Below, piece by piece: positions 33,927-43,543 of a stretch of DNA of 64,000 nt. Made by a program: the position numbers and the translations under genes. The number at the start of each line of letters is the position of its first letter. The first letter of the stretch is position 1. Below the pieces are notes generated by a model that saw only the letters and a program-made list of their open reading frames with translations, had not been told where the DNA came from and did not search any database. This DNA is from a virus (lineage: Duplodnaviria > Caudoviricetes): positions 9,666 to 73,665 of the IMG/VR virus record IMGVR_UViG_3300025398_000635; one strand, 5' to 3'.

Positions 33927-34487
33927 ATGAGTTTATTAGACAGTGCATTAAATTTAATCAGTAAAGGTCGCAAAGAACCATTAACAGGATCACGTTCAGA
34001 ACGTGAAGCAAAGATCAAAGACAAAGCCGGTATGGTTATCAACGTGTTTGCTGCCTTGTTGGCATTTAACACAGTAATCAGCGGCGGGTTAAGTTCAACA
34101 GTAATGAACAATACTATTAAAGCAAACGATCTTTGGAACTTTTATCAAGCCAAAAGCATCAAGCAAACACAATATGAACTAACTGCATTAACAGTTAAAG
34201 ATCCTGTATTGGCAAAAAAGTTTAGCGACAAAGCCGCTAGTTATGAAGATGGCGACGAAGGTAAAAAAGCCTTGTACGCCACTGCTAAAAAATTAGAAGC
34301 AGAACGTGACTTGGCCAAAAAGAAATCGCCATGGATTGGCTACGCAAGCACAGCATACCAACTGGCAATCGTATTACTATCCGCTAGTATTTTAGCAGTG
34401 CGTATGGAATTATTTTGGAGCAGTTTCCTTGTTGCAGGTATAGGTGTTATACTAATGAGCCAGGGACTTTGGTTGTGGCTACCTTAA
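33927..34487 (+). CDS. DUF4337-like membrane protein
   Basis: AND.WNFYQAKSIKQ motif, flanking TM helices. Confidence 0.65.
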   Translation: MSLLDSALNLISKGRKEPLTGSRSEREAKIKDKAGMVINVFAALLAFNTVISGGLSSTVMNNTIKANDLWNFYQAKSIKQTQYELTALTVKDPVLAKKFSDKAASYEDGDEGKKALYATAKKLEAERDLAKKKSPWIGYASTAYQLAIVLLSASILAVRMELFWSSFLVAGIGVILMSQGLWLWLP

Positions 34488-34507
34488 CACTTGTAATTCA
34501 AAATAAT

Positions 34508-35566
34508 ATGATTGGTTGTAAATTTCATGGGGATCATGGCCCTATGAATATTCATATAGAACCTCAACCTTTACCTATTGCACAAGTAATACCCCAGCCC
34601 ATGCCTTTTGTAACTGATCTATCTGTTGTAACCGAGGAAGAAATTGTGAATCAAGATACTATATTAACATATTACGAAACATTAAGTATAACCGATCGTA
34701 AGACATTGCGTGATGCACTAGCCGCTGATGAAATAACTATCCTAGCCCAAGAACGAGAAGCCGCAAGGTTAGCTCGAATTGCCTTGGGTGTCCCAACTGG
34801 GCTAGAGCCAGAGCTTGCTGGTAAAAGTGCCTATCAAATCAAACAAGACTATCCAGATAGTCCAGATGGAGTATATTGGATACAGAATGATGATATCAAC
34901 AACGGTCAACCCTTCCAAGTCTACTGCGATATGACTACCTTAGGTGGTGGTTGGACTTTAGTATTACAAAACAACGTAGGCGAAGGTTGGACTCCAGAAC
35001 TAGCATTATCACGTAACGCACTAACTCCACCTAGCACACTAGTCCCAGAAGGTCAATATATGACTAACAACGGCGCTGATGCTTACAGCATATATGGTTG
35101 GGCTGATAAGATTAAAAGATCAGCATCAGGCTTTGACTATATGATTGATGCGTATGCTCGAGGACACAATGGTGGTGCATGGACAGTTAATCAAGAGTAT
35201 AACTTTATTGATGACGCTGACTCTACAACTGACTGGGGCGCCACGGACGATGTTAGAGGCAGTGATGGTTTCCACCAAGATATTACTGAAATTGTCAAGT
35301 TCCCTACAGGCAGTTCAAACGGTACGGGTACTTGGGACTACGATAATCAAAGTATGGAACACCGCATGCCTTGGTTTGCCGATACTCGTACATTCAGTGT
35401 TGGACAAGCCCTAATCACTACCACACACAAAGATGATTACTCTTGGTGGGGCACACTGGTAACTTGGGGCGGTGGTTGGACTCCAGCACCGTGGATGGCT
35501 AGTAATACATCAAACAGCGATCGTGATGTTAGCCAGCCACAAGTAATATGGTTATGGGTAAGATAA
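34508..35566 (+). CDS. Fibrinogen C-terminal-like (lectin-type) domain protein
   Basis: DGVYWI...PFQVYCDMTTLGGGWTLV; start uncertain. Confidence 0.7.
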   Translation: MIGCKFHGDHGPMNIHIEPQPLPIAQVIPQPMPFVTDLSVVTEEEIVNQDTILTYYETLSITDRKTLRDALAADEITILAQEREAARLARIALGVPTGLEPELAGKSAYQIKQDYPDSPDGVYWIQNDDINNGQPFQVYCDMTTLGGGWTLVLQNNVGEGWTPELALSRNALTPPSTLVPEGQYMTNNGADAYSIYGWADKIKRSASGFDYMIDAYARGHNGGAWTVNQEYNFIDDADSTTDWGATDDVRGSDGFHQDITEIVKFPTGSSNGTGTWDYDNQSMEHRMPWFADTRTFSVGQALITTTHKDDYSWWGTLVTWGGGWTPAPWMASNTSNSDRDVSQPQVIWLWVR

Positions 35567-35576
35567 GGAGTAAGAT

Positions 35577-35888
35577 ATGGATTATGTAGAACTAGTCAAC
35601 AAATACGGATTTCCTATAATCATGGCCATCGGTATGGGCTACATAATCCATTATGTATGGGAGTGGTGTACTAAAGAAGTTAAGCCAGTATTATCAGATG
35701 CCAATACAGTTCTTATCGCTCTCATTGATCGCATTCGTATGCTGGACAACGATCTAATCCGTTTAAATCAAAAGGTCAATACTGTACTGCATCTACGTGG
35801 TAAAACTATTGATCACGAGCGTGTGGTTGCAGAAATGACCATCAACAAATCAGAAGATGACAATGTTGCCTCTGGGGGTAACGACTAA
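35577..35888 (+). CDS. Small membrane protein, paralog of 33297..33578
   Basis: GFPI.A...GY; L.DRI..LDND.IR motif shared. Confidence 0.6.
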   Translation: MDYVELVNKYGFPIIMAIGMGYIIHYVWEWCTKEVKPVLSDANTVLIALIDRIRMLDNDLIRLNQKVNTVLHLRGKTIDHERVVAEMTINKSEDDNVASGGND

Positions 35889-35893
35889 AGAAT

Positions 35894-35989
35894 CACCTTA
35901 GGACCGGTACTAGTTACCGTAGGTGGGGCGGCTGCTGCCCTGGGACAACTGATTCGCTACCGGGAATCCCTAAAGTGAGCATTTTTTTT
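35894..35989 (+). ncRNA. Candidate multi-stem RNA element ending in a U run
   Basis: GC-rich; outer stem CACCTTAGG/CCTAAAGTG; hairpins CGGTA/TACCG, GGGCG/TGCCC, GATTC/GAATC. Confidence 0.45.
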
Positions 35990-36003
35990 GACTAAATATC
36001 TTT

Positions 36004-36258
36004 ATGAAAATACGTGAATTGCTAGAAAATATGGATCACAAAAAGGACAGTCAAGCTGTTCCTGAACTTAAAGCGGCCCTTCTAGCTCAAAAGAAAAAAA
36101 TTCAATCAGTTAAAGATGATAAAGATGCAGTGTATGATATCATTGACAGTATCATGACCAGCATCGCCAAAGCTCACGGAATGTCAGGACAACGAATCCA
36201 TGACCTGTGGGTAGATCAATATAAAGAAATCCCCGATACCTGGATCATGCACAAATAA
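36004..36258 (+). CDS. Hypothetical protein with head-targeting-like N-terminus (MKIRELLE)
   Basis: Late box TAAATA 5 nt upstream. Confidence 0.65.
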   Translation: MKIRELLENMDHKKDSQAVPELKAALLAQKKKIQSVKDDKDAVYDIIDSIMTSIAKAHGMSGQRIHDLWVDQYKEIPDTWIMHK

Positions 36259-36320
36259 ATCTGTTTGTAATCATTATATTAGTACATTATCATAAATAGT
36301 GTATTAAGAAAGATTATCAA

Positions 36321-37370
36321 ATGAAACGAGTGCTATTCATCCTCAAACGTAGACCAGACTTCAATGCCAAAGTCCATACACACATTGGTCTAAGCACAGG
36401 TCTATATAATAGTGCTAAATTTATGCACGACATGTTATGTGATCGTGGCGTAGATAGTAGAATCGAGGTTGCTATAGATAATAACTGTATCGATCGACTA
36501 GTTACTAAACATCGCCCCACACATGTAATTATAGAAGCCATTTGGGTAGTACCTACTAAATTCGCTATCCTACAAAAATTACATCCAGACGTAACTTGGG
36601 TGATTCGCATCCACAGCGAAACTCCTTTCCTAGCAGGTGAAGGTAATGCACTCGATTGGATTGGAGATTATTCTGGATTTAAAAATATTGTGATATCGGC
36701 TAATGCACCTAGGATGTTGCATGAGACAAAACTATATCTACAGCATCGTAATCAATGGACTGATCAAGAAACAGAACAGCGTGTGGTCTATTTGCCTAAT
36801 TTTTATCCTCAAGAATATAAAACTAAAGAATTTGATAAAAACAAGTGGTGGGTTGATATTGGATGTTTTGGTGCTGTTCGACCACTTAAAAATCATCTAG
36901 TACAGGCTTTTGCAGCCATAGACTTTGCTGAAAGTATGGGCAAGCAGTTGAGATTCCATATCAACGCCGGCCGTATTGAAATGCAAGGTGGTCCAGCTAT
37001 CAATAATCTCAAAAGTTTATTCCAACAAATTAGTGATCACGGGCATCAACTGATCAATCATCAATGGCGTCCTAGAGAAGAATTTTTAGAATTATGTTCA
37101 GAAATGGACATAGGATTACAAGTTAGTTTCAGTGAAACATTTAACATAGTAGGCTGCGATATTATTAGCTCGGGTGTTCCACTAGTTGGTAGCAGTGAAA
37201 TTCCTTGGAATTGTAGCTTATTCAATGCTGATCCAACAGACAGTAAGGATATTGCACGTATGCTAAAAAGGGCCTATAATCATCCTCAATTAAATGTCAA
37301 AGCAAATCAGTATCTAATGACTCGATACACAAATAACTCAGCTAAAATTTGGACTAAATATTTCAGTTAA
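36321..37370 (+). CDS. GT-B glycosyltransferase
   Basis: IGCFGAVRPLKNHL, DIGLQVSFSETFNIV..D....GVPLV. Confidence 0.75.
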   Translation: MKRVLFILKRRPDFNAKVHTHIGLSTGLYNSAKFMHDMLCDRGVDSRIEVAIDNNCIDRLVTKHRPTHVIIEAIWVVPTKFAILQKLHPDVTWVIRIHSETPFLAGEGNALDWIGDYSGFKNIVISANAPRMLHETKLYLQHRNQWTDQETEQRVVYLPNFYPQEYKTKEFDKNKWWVDIGCFGAVRPLKNHLVQAFAAIDFAESMGKQLRFHINAGRIEMQGGPAINNLKSLFQQISDHGHQLINHQWRPREEFLELCSEMDIGLQVSFSETFNIVGCDIISSGVPLVGSSEIPWNCSLFNADPTDSKDIARMLKRAYNHPQLNVKANQYLMTRYTNNSAKIWTKYFS

Positions 37371-37380
37371 GGTTATCAGT

Positions 37381-37620
37381 ATGAGCATGCATAAAGTTAA
37401 ATCGTCTTATTGGAAGCAAGGAATATTACAAACCCTTGAGCATTGGTTTGAATCAGTTGAAGAAGCTATAGATTTCGGTACAACTGTGCCTGCTTCTAAT
37501 GTAAAAGTATTTGATCCAGAAGGCATGCTAATACACGCACAAGACAATACAGTAGCATTAGTAAGCAGTTATGACTACAATGATAGCGGTTATAACTACA
37601 ATGACAACAGTTATACTTAA
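37381..37620 (+). CDS. Small protein, paralog 1 of 3
   Basis: H.VK...W..G.L.T.E..F.S.E.A...KV.D..G.L. Confidence 0.7.
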   Translation: MSMHKVKSSYWKQGILQTLEHWFESVEEAIDFGTTVPASNVKVFDPEGMLIHAQDNTVALVSSYDYNDSGYNYNDNSYT

Positions 37621-37631
37621 AGGATAAAATT

Positions 37632-37823
37632 ATGAGCAAGCATCATGTAAGACATCATCACTGGGTTGGCGGAATTCTTAGCACAGTAGAACACTTTTTT
37701 GACACATTAGAAGAAGCTATTGAACATGCTAATGATAGTGAAGCACATACTGTAAAAGTATATAGTCCGACTGGAGAACTACAGCATATTGTAACTCCGA
37801 CCGGTACTGAAACCTACGCTTAA
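37632..37823 (+). CDS. Small His-rich protein, paralog 2 of 3
   Basis: Same motif; ends TYA. Confidence 0.7.
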   Translation: MSKHHVRHHHWVGGILSTVEHFFDTLEEAIEHANDSEAHTVKVYSPTGELQHIVTPTGTETYA

Positions 37824-37832
37824 GGGAAAAAT

Positions 37833-38030
37833 ATGGCACATCGCAAACATAAGGTTAAAACACAAAATTGGTATAATGGTCAATTGCTTACTGTTGAAGA
37901 ATTTTTTGACAGTATCGAAGACGCCATGGTTTATGCAGCAGCACAAACAGCACCACAGATTAAAGTGTACGACGACGAAGGAATGTTGGTTACCGCAATG
38001 TCACCAGCAAATCCAATTACCTACGCCTAA
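37833..38030 (+). CDS. Small protein, paralog 3 of 3
   Basis: Same motif; ends TYA. Confidence 0.7.
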   Translation: MAHRKHKVKTQNWYNGQLLTVEEFFDSIEDAMVYAAAQTAPQIKVYDDEGMLVTAMSPANPITYA

Positions 38031-38036
38031 ATTAGT

Positions 38037-38738
38037 TTGATTATCTATACACTAGTGGTCACGCATATTACCATAGTATGCGTGACTTTATTTTTACATC
38101 GCGGCCAAGCACATAAAGGAATAGAATTCCATCCTATTCTAAGTCACTTTATGCGATTCTGGTTATGGTTAACAACCGGCATGATTACACGCCAGTGGGT
38201 AGCTATACATCGTAAACATCATAGATTCAGTGATGTTGAAGGAGATCCACATTCGCCACACGTGTTCGGCTTTTGGAATATTCTATCTCGAGGTGTAATG
38301 TACTATGTTCAAGAAGGTAAAAATACTCAAACTATAATGAGTTATGGCAAGGGAACACCCAACGACTGGATCGAACGTAATTTGTATACCCCATACAATT
38401 TCTACGGAATTCTCTTAATGCTAGTTATAAACTTATTGTTATTTGGTCTGTGGGGATTTGTCATATGGGGTATACAACTTGCATGGATACCTTTCTGGGC
38501 AGCCGGAGTGATCAACGGAGTAGGGCATTGGTGGGGTTATAAGAACGGTGATACTAAGGATCAAAGTCGCAACATAATTCCTTGGGGCATTGTCATTGGC
38601 GGTGAAGAGCTACACAACAATCATCATATCAATCCAGCCAGTGTTAAGCTAAGTCGTCGTTGGTTTGAATTTGATATTGGGTATATGTGGCTACGCTTAT
38701 TCAGCCTAGTAGGACTTGCTAAAATTACTTTGAGGTAG
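38037..38738 (+). CDS. Membrane fatty acid desaturase (delta-9/DesC-like)
   Basis: His boxes HRGQAH, HRKHH, HNNHH; TTG start. Confidence 0.9.
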   Translation: MIIYTLVVTHITIVCVTLFLHRGQAHKGIEFHPILSHFMRFWLWLTTGMITRQWVAIHRKHHRFSDVEGDPHSPHVFGFWNILSRGVMYYVQEGKNTQTIMSYGKGTPNDWIERNLYTPYNFYGILLMLVINLLLFGLWGFVIWGIQLAWIPFWAAGVINGVGHWWGYKNGDTKDQSRNIIPWGIVIGGEELHNNHHINPASVKLSRRWFEFDIGYMWLRLFSLVGLAKITLR

Positions 38739-40740
38739 CAACATAGGTGCCTGCCCAATTACTTGGGACACCTTCTTTTAAGCGTTCTTCCATCTTGTGA
38801 TAATATTCAGCTAGTTCAGGATTAGCTGTTTGGCAAGACTCAATCAATCCCAATGCCTTAGTCCACTGTCCACGATAGTATAAATCTAAGAACTGTTCAT
38901 GTTCTTTTGTGCTATTGCCCGGAGTATAGATCTTTAATCCGATCGTTTTACCTTTAACAGCAATACAATCTAATTCTACAACAGGAATTTCGTCACGTAC
39001 TAGTTCAGCAGTGCGTGGACCAATAATTAATAAGACACCGTAGCCTTTTGTTTGACCTTCTAAGCGTGCCGCAGTACTTACTGAATCTCCCAAGACATCA
39101 TAGCCAAACTTGGTCTTAGCGCCAATGTTACCAATGAGTGTTTCACCAGTGTTGACACCTGCGCCCATGCCCACTGGTGGACGTCCTTTGGCAGTTAATT
39201 CGACATTAAAATCAGCAATAGCCTGTATCATTTCTTGTGCTGTGCGTACCGCAGTTTTAGCATGATTGGCATCATCTAATGGAGCACCGTGTACATGTAG
39301 ACTTGCATCACCAATGAACTTGATAAGTGTACCATCATTTTTAAGCACAGGAACACTGAGAGCTGTCATGTAGTCGTTCATGATTTGTGTTAGCCCTTCT
39401 ACGTCATCTCCAAATGATTCACCTAATGTAGTAAAGCCGCGCAAGTCAGTCATAACAATACTAAGTTCTTTACGCTCGCCACCTAGTTTAATTAGGCTAG
39501 GATCTTTCTGTAAGCGTTCTACAATAGTAGGATTAACATAACTACCAAACTGTTTCTTGATCTGTTGTTTCTGTAAGAACTCGCTTACAAATTTGACCCC
39601 GTAAGTATGGAGACTAACAAGCACAAGCCCACTAACCAAACCAGTAACGTCGACAAGCCAAGCATTAGTCGAATACAACAAATTAGAAAGGGGAATACTA
39701 CCACCAATAATAATAACGCTAGTAAAAATTCCAACATAAGTCCACCTTGATAAAAAGATTAATAATATACCTAGAGCTACAAGTAATAATACTTCTCCGC
39801 CTTCTGCCCAGTCTGGACGAGTAATAGCTGATCGATCCTTGTTGGCAATTACAGTACCTAGTACAGCCGCTTGTAAATCTTGTGGTAACATTTCACCTAG
39901 ACTAGTAGCAACTGGATTTGCTAAGCCTTGTGCTGACACACCTACAATAACTATTTCACCTTCAAAGTCTTGAGGTAAATCTGTTAGGCTATACTTGCTT
40001 GGTACTAGACTCCAATCAATCCAGATGCGACTTAGGCTGTCTGTTGTTATAGGGCCAAACTTAGGAATACGCATTTTCTCAACGCCATTCTCGTTGATCT
40101 TAACTTGGAATGTTGAATCGCCAGCAGCTACACGCAGTACTTCCATAGCAAGGCTAGGATATAGTTTACCGTCATGTGCAGCAACCATAGGCATACGGCG
40201 CACAACACCGTCAACTTCGGGCAAGGTATTGACAAGTCCTACACCGGCAGCAGCGGATTCTATACTAGACTGATTAGCTACAATTCCCGGATAGGTTACA
40301 AAAGAGTCCAAGCCATAAGGTCCAATAATAACAGAACCAGGGTTCCGGGCTTGATTGCGATTATTTGTTGACCCAACTGCTGGAAGAATTGTGGGATACT
40401 GTCGGAGTGCTTGTATGTATTCCGCATCGTGCCCCATGCGATCTCTATCAGGAGTAAGAACATTGAAAACCACAAGACCAGCATTACGGCGGTATAAGTC
40501 TCGGATGAGCTGGGCATATACATCTCTACTAAACGGGAATTGTCCATATTTTTCTAAAGCCTTTTCGTCAATGTTTACTACACTAACACCTATAGTCTCA
40601 GGTGCTTTGCTAGTTACTAGTGTATCAAAGTAACGTAGGCGTACTGATTCTACAAATGATGGGTCTGCTACACGTAAGCCCACTACTAACGCTAGTGTTA
40701 GCAGAGCAGTCCAGGGGCTAGTTAGGATTTTTTTCAGCAT
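38725..40740 (-). CDS. CHASE2-domain class III adenylate/guanylate cyclase
   Basis: VNIDEKALEKYGQFPFSR (CHASE2), 3 TMs, TDLRGFT, KFIGDA, GDSVSTAARLE. Confidence 0.92.
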   Translation of the reverse strand: MLKKILTSPWTALLTLALVVGLRVADPSFVESVRLRYFDTLVTSKAPETIGVSVVNIDEKALEKYGQFPFSRDVYAQLIRDLYRRNAGLVVFNVLTPDRDRMGHDAEYIQALRQYPTILPAVGSTNNRNQARNPGSVIIGPYGLDSFVTYPGIVANQSSIESAAAGVGLVNTLPEVDGVVRRMPMVAAHDGKLYPSLAMEVLRVAAGDSTFQVKINENGVEKMRIPKFGPITTDSLSRIWIDWSLVPSKYSLTDLPQDFEGEIVIVGVSAQGLANPVATSLGEMLPQDLQAAVLGTVIANKDRSAITRPDWAEGGEVLLLVALGILLIFLSRWTYVGIFTSVIIIGGSIPLSNLLYSTNAWLVDVTGLVSGLVLVSLHTYGVKFVSEFLQKQQIKKQFGSYVNPTIVERLQKDPSLIKLGGERKELSIVMTDLRGFTTLGESFGDDVEGLTQIMNDYMTALSVPVLKNDGTLIKFIGDASLHVHGAPLDDANHAKTAVRTAQEMIQAIADFNVELTAKGRPPVGMGAGVNTGETLIGNIGAKTKFGYDVLGDSVSTAARLEGQTKGYGVLLIIGPRTAELVRDEIPVVELDCIAVKGKTIGLKIYTPGNSTKEHEQFLDLYYRGQWTKALGLIESCQTANPELAEYYHKMEERLKEGVPSNWAGTYVATSK

Positions 40741-40755
40741 TGAATATTTATCCGT

Positions 40756-40782
40756 GAAAAAGCCCTCTTCGGAGGGCTTGTG
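40756..40782 (-). terminator. Intrinsic terminator
   Basis: AGCCCTC-CGAA-GAGGGCT followed by TTTTC. Confidence 0.75.
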
Positions 40783-40789
40783 AAATGAG

Positions 40790-40930
40790 CTATGCCCGAA
40801 TGTGTGTATTATTAGAAATTAATTCTTGCCTGAAGTGATGCCAGTGTTTTCGCTCGTCTAGGTAATACCATATGTAAGCAGTGCCAAAGCCAAATAAGCC
40901 GCCTAGTATTTGTGCTATTATTGTACCCAT
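40790..40930 (-). CDS. Small membrane protein (46 aa)
   Basis: Hand-called; N-terminal hydrophobic helix. Confidence 0.4.
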   Translation of the reverse strand: MGTIIAQILGGLFGFGTAYIWYYLDERKHWHHFRQELISNNTHIRA

Positions 40931-41139
40931 TCTTCTGTAGTCTCCTCTATCTCAGGATGCTTCATTAATAAAAAATCAGCATACTTTTCTGGCACTCGAA
41001 ATTCTATAGTGTACTTGCCAATTTCCATACTTCCGTCATGGGCTTGTACATACTGCCAGATGTCTTCTTCCAGTAGATTATATTCCGGAGTATTCCTACC
41101 CTTACGCCATAGTTTAAAAAATCTCATGTTCGCTCTCAT
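40918..41139 (-). CDS. Small hypothetical protein
   Basis: AGGGG RBS before MRANMRFF. Confidence 0.6.
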   Translation of the reverse strand: MRANMRFFKLWRKGRNTPEYNLLEEDIWQYVQAHDGSMEIGKYTIEFRVPEKYADFLLMKHPEIEETTEEWVQ

Positions 41140-41141
41140 GA

Positions 41142-42266
41142 TTAATTCCCCTGTCTTACTGTAATAGGTTGACAACCACCAGCAGTTACACACACGGTAT
41201 TGATATAATAATTCTGTCCACCAGTTTGTGTTAAGTTTACACTACCCGGACCGCCAGCATTGGTAATGCTAATGCTGGCGTTGTTTGCTGTGCTACCTGA
41301 TTGATTAACTGTGGCAGAATTTCCGGTGCCTAATAAGTTAACACTTAGATAATGTTGGCCGAGACCGCTTTGGCTTGTTGATACTGTATTCAAATCTCCT
41401 TGTACATTGACAAAGGATGCTTTGGCTGTATTGTCAGTTTGACTTGTATTCACAGTATTGTAATCTCCATTAACAGTTGTTGACAAATAATGCCCACCAC
41501 CACCTGTATTAGTCTGCTCGCTATTGACTTGGTTGCCTGTTCCAGTTACACTTATCGCTTGATAATGCTGTCCGTTATCTTGTCCGTTAGTTTGATTACC
41601 TAAGGTCGTTCCTTGGTTAAGTCCTAGGGTATTATAGCTACCATATACTTCAGCTTCAATTAAGTTCTGTCCGTAGGGATTACTTGGATCCCCTTGACGG
41701 ATTTTAACAGTATTGCCCGAACCTTGTATTGGCATGCTCTGTTGTCCTAATCCTGCTACACTGTTTTGTGTACCATTTTGTTGTACGATAACTGTATTGT
41801 TAGAGCCAACTTGATCTATATAGATACTATTTCGAGTAATATAATTAACTCTAGCACGGGCAGAATCTATTGCGGCTTGTTGATCAGCGGTAATAGCACT
41901 GACTGGTGTTGTTGGTGGCGGATAAAAAACATAAGTGGCACCGGATTCTCCCGGCACATTTAAATTTATTACTGCCCAATCAGCTGGATTACCTATAGAG
42001 TTTAAAGAAGCACCTGTTACAGTTCCGGCTTGCGGGCCTGTACAATTATTGCAGGTCCATACCCAACCGGGACCTATTCTAGAGACTGCGGATCCATTCC
42101 AGTCATGCATGCCAATGCTTCCAGACCATAGACCAACGTAGGTGTTATTGCCGTTTACATTTTGTATCGAGCCGGTACTACTATCCGTAGTTGCGGCATT
42201 TTGAGCATGAGCGTTACCGCACATATTGAGTCCTGCGACAAGAAATAATATCATTAAGTATTTCAT
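41142..42266 (-). CDS. Secreted curlin-repeat protein (CsgB-like)
   Basis: Signal peptide; NSIYIDQVGSNN and repeated Q.G..N units; C-terminal Cys pair. Confidence 0.7.
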   Translation of the reverse strand: MKYLMILFLVAGLNMCGNAHAQNAATTDSSTGSIQNVNGNNTYVGLWSGSIGMHDWNGSAVSRIGPGWVWTCNNCTGPQAGTVTGASLNSIGNPADWAVINLNVPGESGATYVFYPPPTTPVSAITADQQAAIDSARARVNYITRNSIYIDQVGSNNTVIVQQNGTQNSVAGLGQQSMPIQGSGNTVKIRQGDPSNPYGQNLIEAEVYGSYNTLGLNQGTTLGNQTNGQDNGQHYQAISVTGTGNQVNSEQTNTGGGGHYLSTTVNGDYNTVNTSQTDNTAKASFVNVQGDLNTVSTSQSGLGQHYLSVNLLGTGNSATVNQSGSTANNASISITNAGGPGSVNLTQTGGQNYYINTVCVTAGGCQPITVRQGN

Positions 42267-42267
42267 G

Positions 42268-43398
42268 TTAGTTCTGCTTTACAGTTATAGTAGTACCGGC
42301 ACCGGAGTTGATACGGTTCTTAAATGTATACTGCCCTTGAGTCATGTAGACTGTAGCAGTTTCATTCTTGTTTACTGTTACACTTTCTTTGTTACTGCCA
42401 TCATCACGATATAGTGTAACTGATAGATCATCCACGTAGGCCTTGATACCTGTACTGGCACGATAATCTGGTAATAGTCCTGTATTAGTGGAATTTAGTA
42501 ATTTCAATTCAGCGGCCAGCTCTTCATTTAACATAGTCAATACATTGGCTAGAAAATCCTGGTCTAGAAAGTTCTGAGCTAGCTTATTGGCGAATATCTG
42601 ACGTTGTTGGTCAGCGAGCACGTTGCCCAAGTCTGCTTCTTTAAGAAAATCTTGACTTAATAAACTTACTGTGGTTCGTGATTGTTCTTGTTGTGCTTTC
42701 TTAAGTTCAGGGGGTGGTGATAGAATCAACAGATTATTCATAGCATCTAGACTAAGATTAATGGTTACCGGTTTAGTTGGGGGTTGACTGCGGCTTTCAA
42801 CCTTAGTGGCTTGGAACGCTTGATCTAGTGTAACCGACCCTGCGTCAGTAATAACGTCAATAATTCCAACCTTACAATCTCGCTTTACATCTGCCCATCC
42901 ATTAGGACAGCTAGGCAATAGGATAACTGTACTGGCACCTAGTTCGTCTACAGTAGCAGTAAAATCAGTACCACGAACAGCAATAGTAGCTGTAGGGGTA
43001 TTGATGGCGACTCGATTAGGATTATTATGAGCAATAGCACCTGAAGCGTACCTGACAGTACCTTGCGCCATATTGAGAGCAAGTTTGCCTGCGGCAGGTT
43101 TTTTAGGGTCGTAGACAAATTCGTCAATAACTAGTCGACTATTTTCATTTACCTGTACCCTTGTATCGTCCGCGAATGTAATACCAACCTTACCTTGGTT
43201 GGTCTTTACCGCGTCCTCCATTTCCACTCCGGTTCCCTTGGTTCCAGTTAGAGTCGTCTTCGATCGTTGTATCGAAGCTGGGCTGTTCAATTGTTCCGTT
43301 ATGGTCCCGATCGCGGCTTCGCAATTCGTGAATGTACTCCCTAAGAGTACGCATAGTAGTCCCGTCCATATTAGTCTCCTTTTATAAACCATGAGCAT
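42268..43398 (-). CDS. FecR-domain periplasmic protein
   Basis: MED.VKT..G...I.F.DDT.V...ENS.L.ID, GTVRYASG, TPTATIAVRGTDF. Confidence 0.85.
   Translation of the reverse strand: MLMVYKRRLIWTGLLCVLLGSTFTNCEAAIGTITEQLNSPASIQRSKTTLTGTKGTGVEMEDAVKTNQGKVGITFADDTRVQVNENSRLVIDEFVYDPKKPAAGKLALNMAQGTVRYASGAIAHNNPNRVAINTPTATIAVRGTDFTATVDELGASTVILLPSCPNGWADVKRDCKVGIIDVITDAGSVTLDQAFQATKVESRSQPPTKPVTINLSLDAMNNLLILSPPPELKKAQQEQSRTTVSLLSQDFLKEADLGNVLADQQRQIFANKLAQNFLDQDFLANVLTMLNEELAAELKLLNSTNTGLLPDYRASTGIKAYVDDLSVTLYRDDGSNKESVTVNKNETATVYMTQGQYTFKNRINSGAGTTITVKQN
43190..43369 (-). CDS. Overprinted ORF inside the FecR gene (59 aa, MDGTTMRTLREYIHELRS...)
   Basis: AGGAGA RBS 5 nt before ATG; different frame from FecR. 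Confidence 0.5.
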   Translation of the reverse strand: MDGTTMRTLREYIHELRSRDRDHNGTIEQPSFDTTIEDDSNWNQGNRSGNGGRGKDQPR

Positions 43399-43541
43399 TT
43401 TTGTAACTCTCGCATAACTTGATCAGCAGTGGTTCCATTTACACGAGTCACTAGTTCCACAAAGTCCAACCAATTGTGTGCATAGTCATTCATACCATGA
43501 CTCCACTGTTGGTACATGTGTTCTAGGAATCGTCGATCCAT
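43371..43541 (-). CDS. Small hypothetical protein (56 aa, MDRRFLEHMYQQW...)
   Basis: Hand-called between the curlin and FecR genes. Confidence 0.6.
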   Translation of the reverse strand: MDRRFLEHMYQQWSHGMNDYAHNWLDFVELVTRVNGTTADQVMRELQKCSWFIKGD

Positions 43542-43543
43542 GA

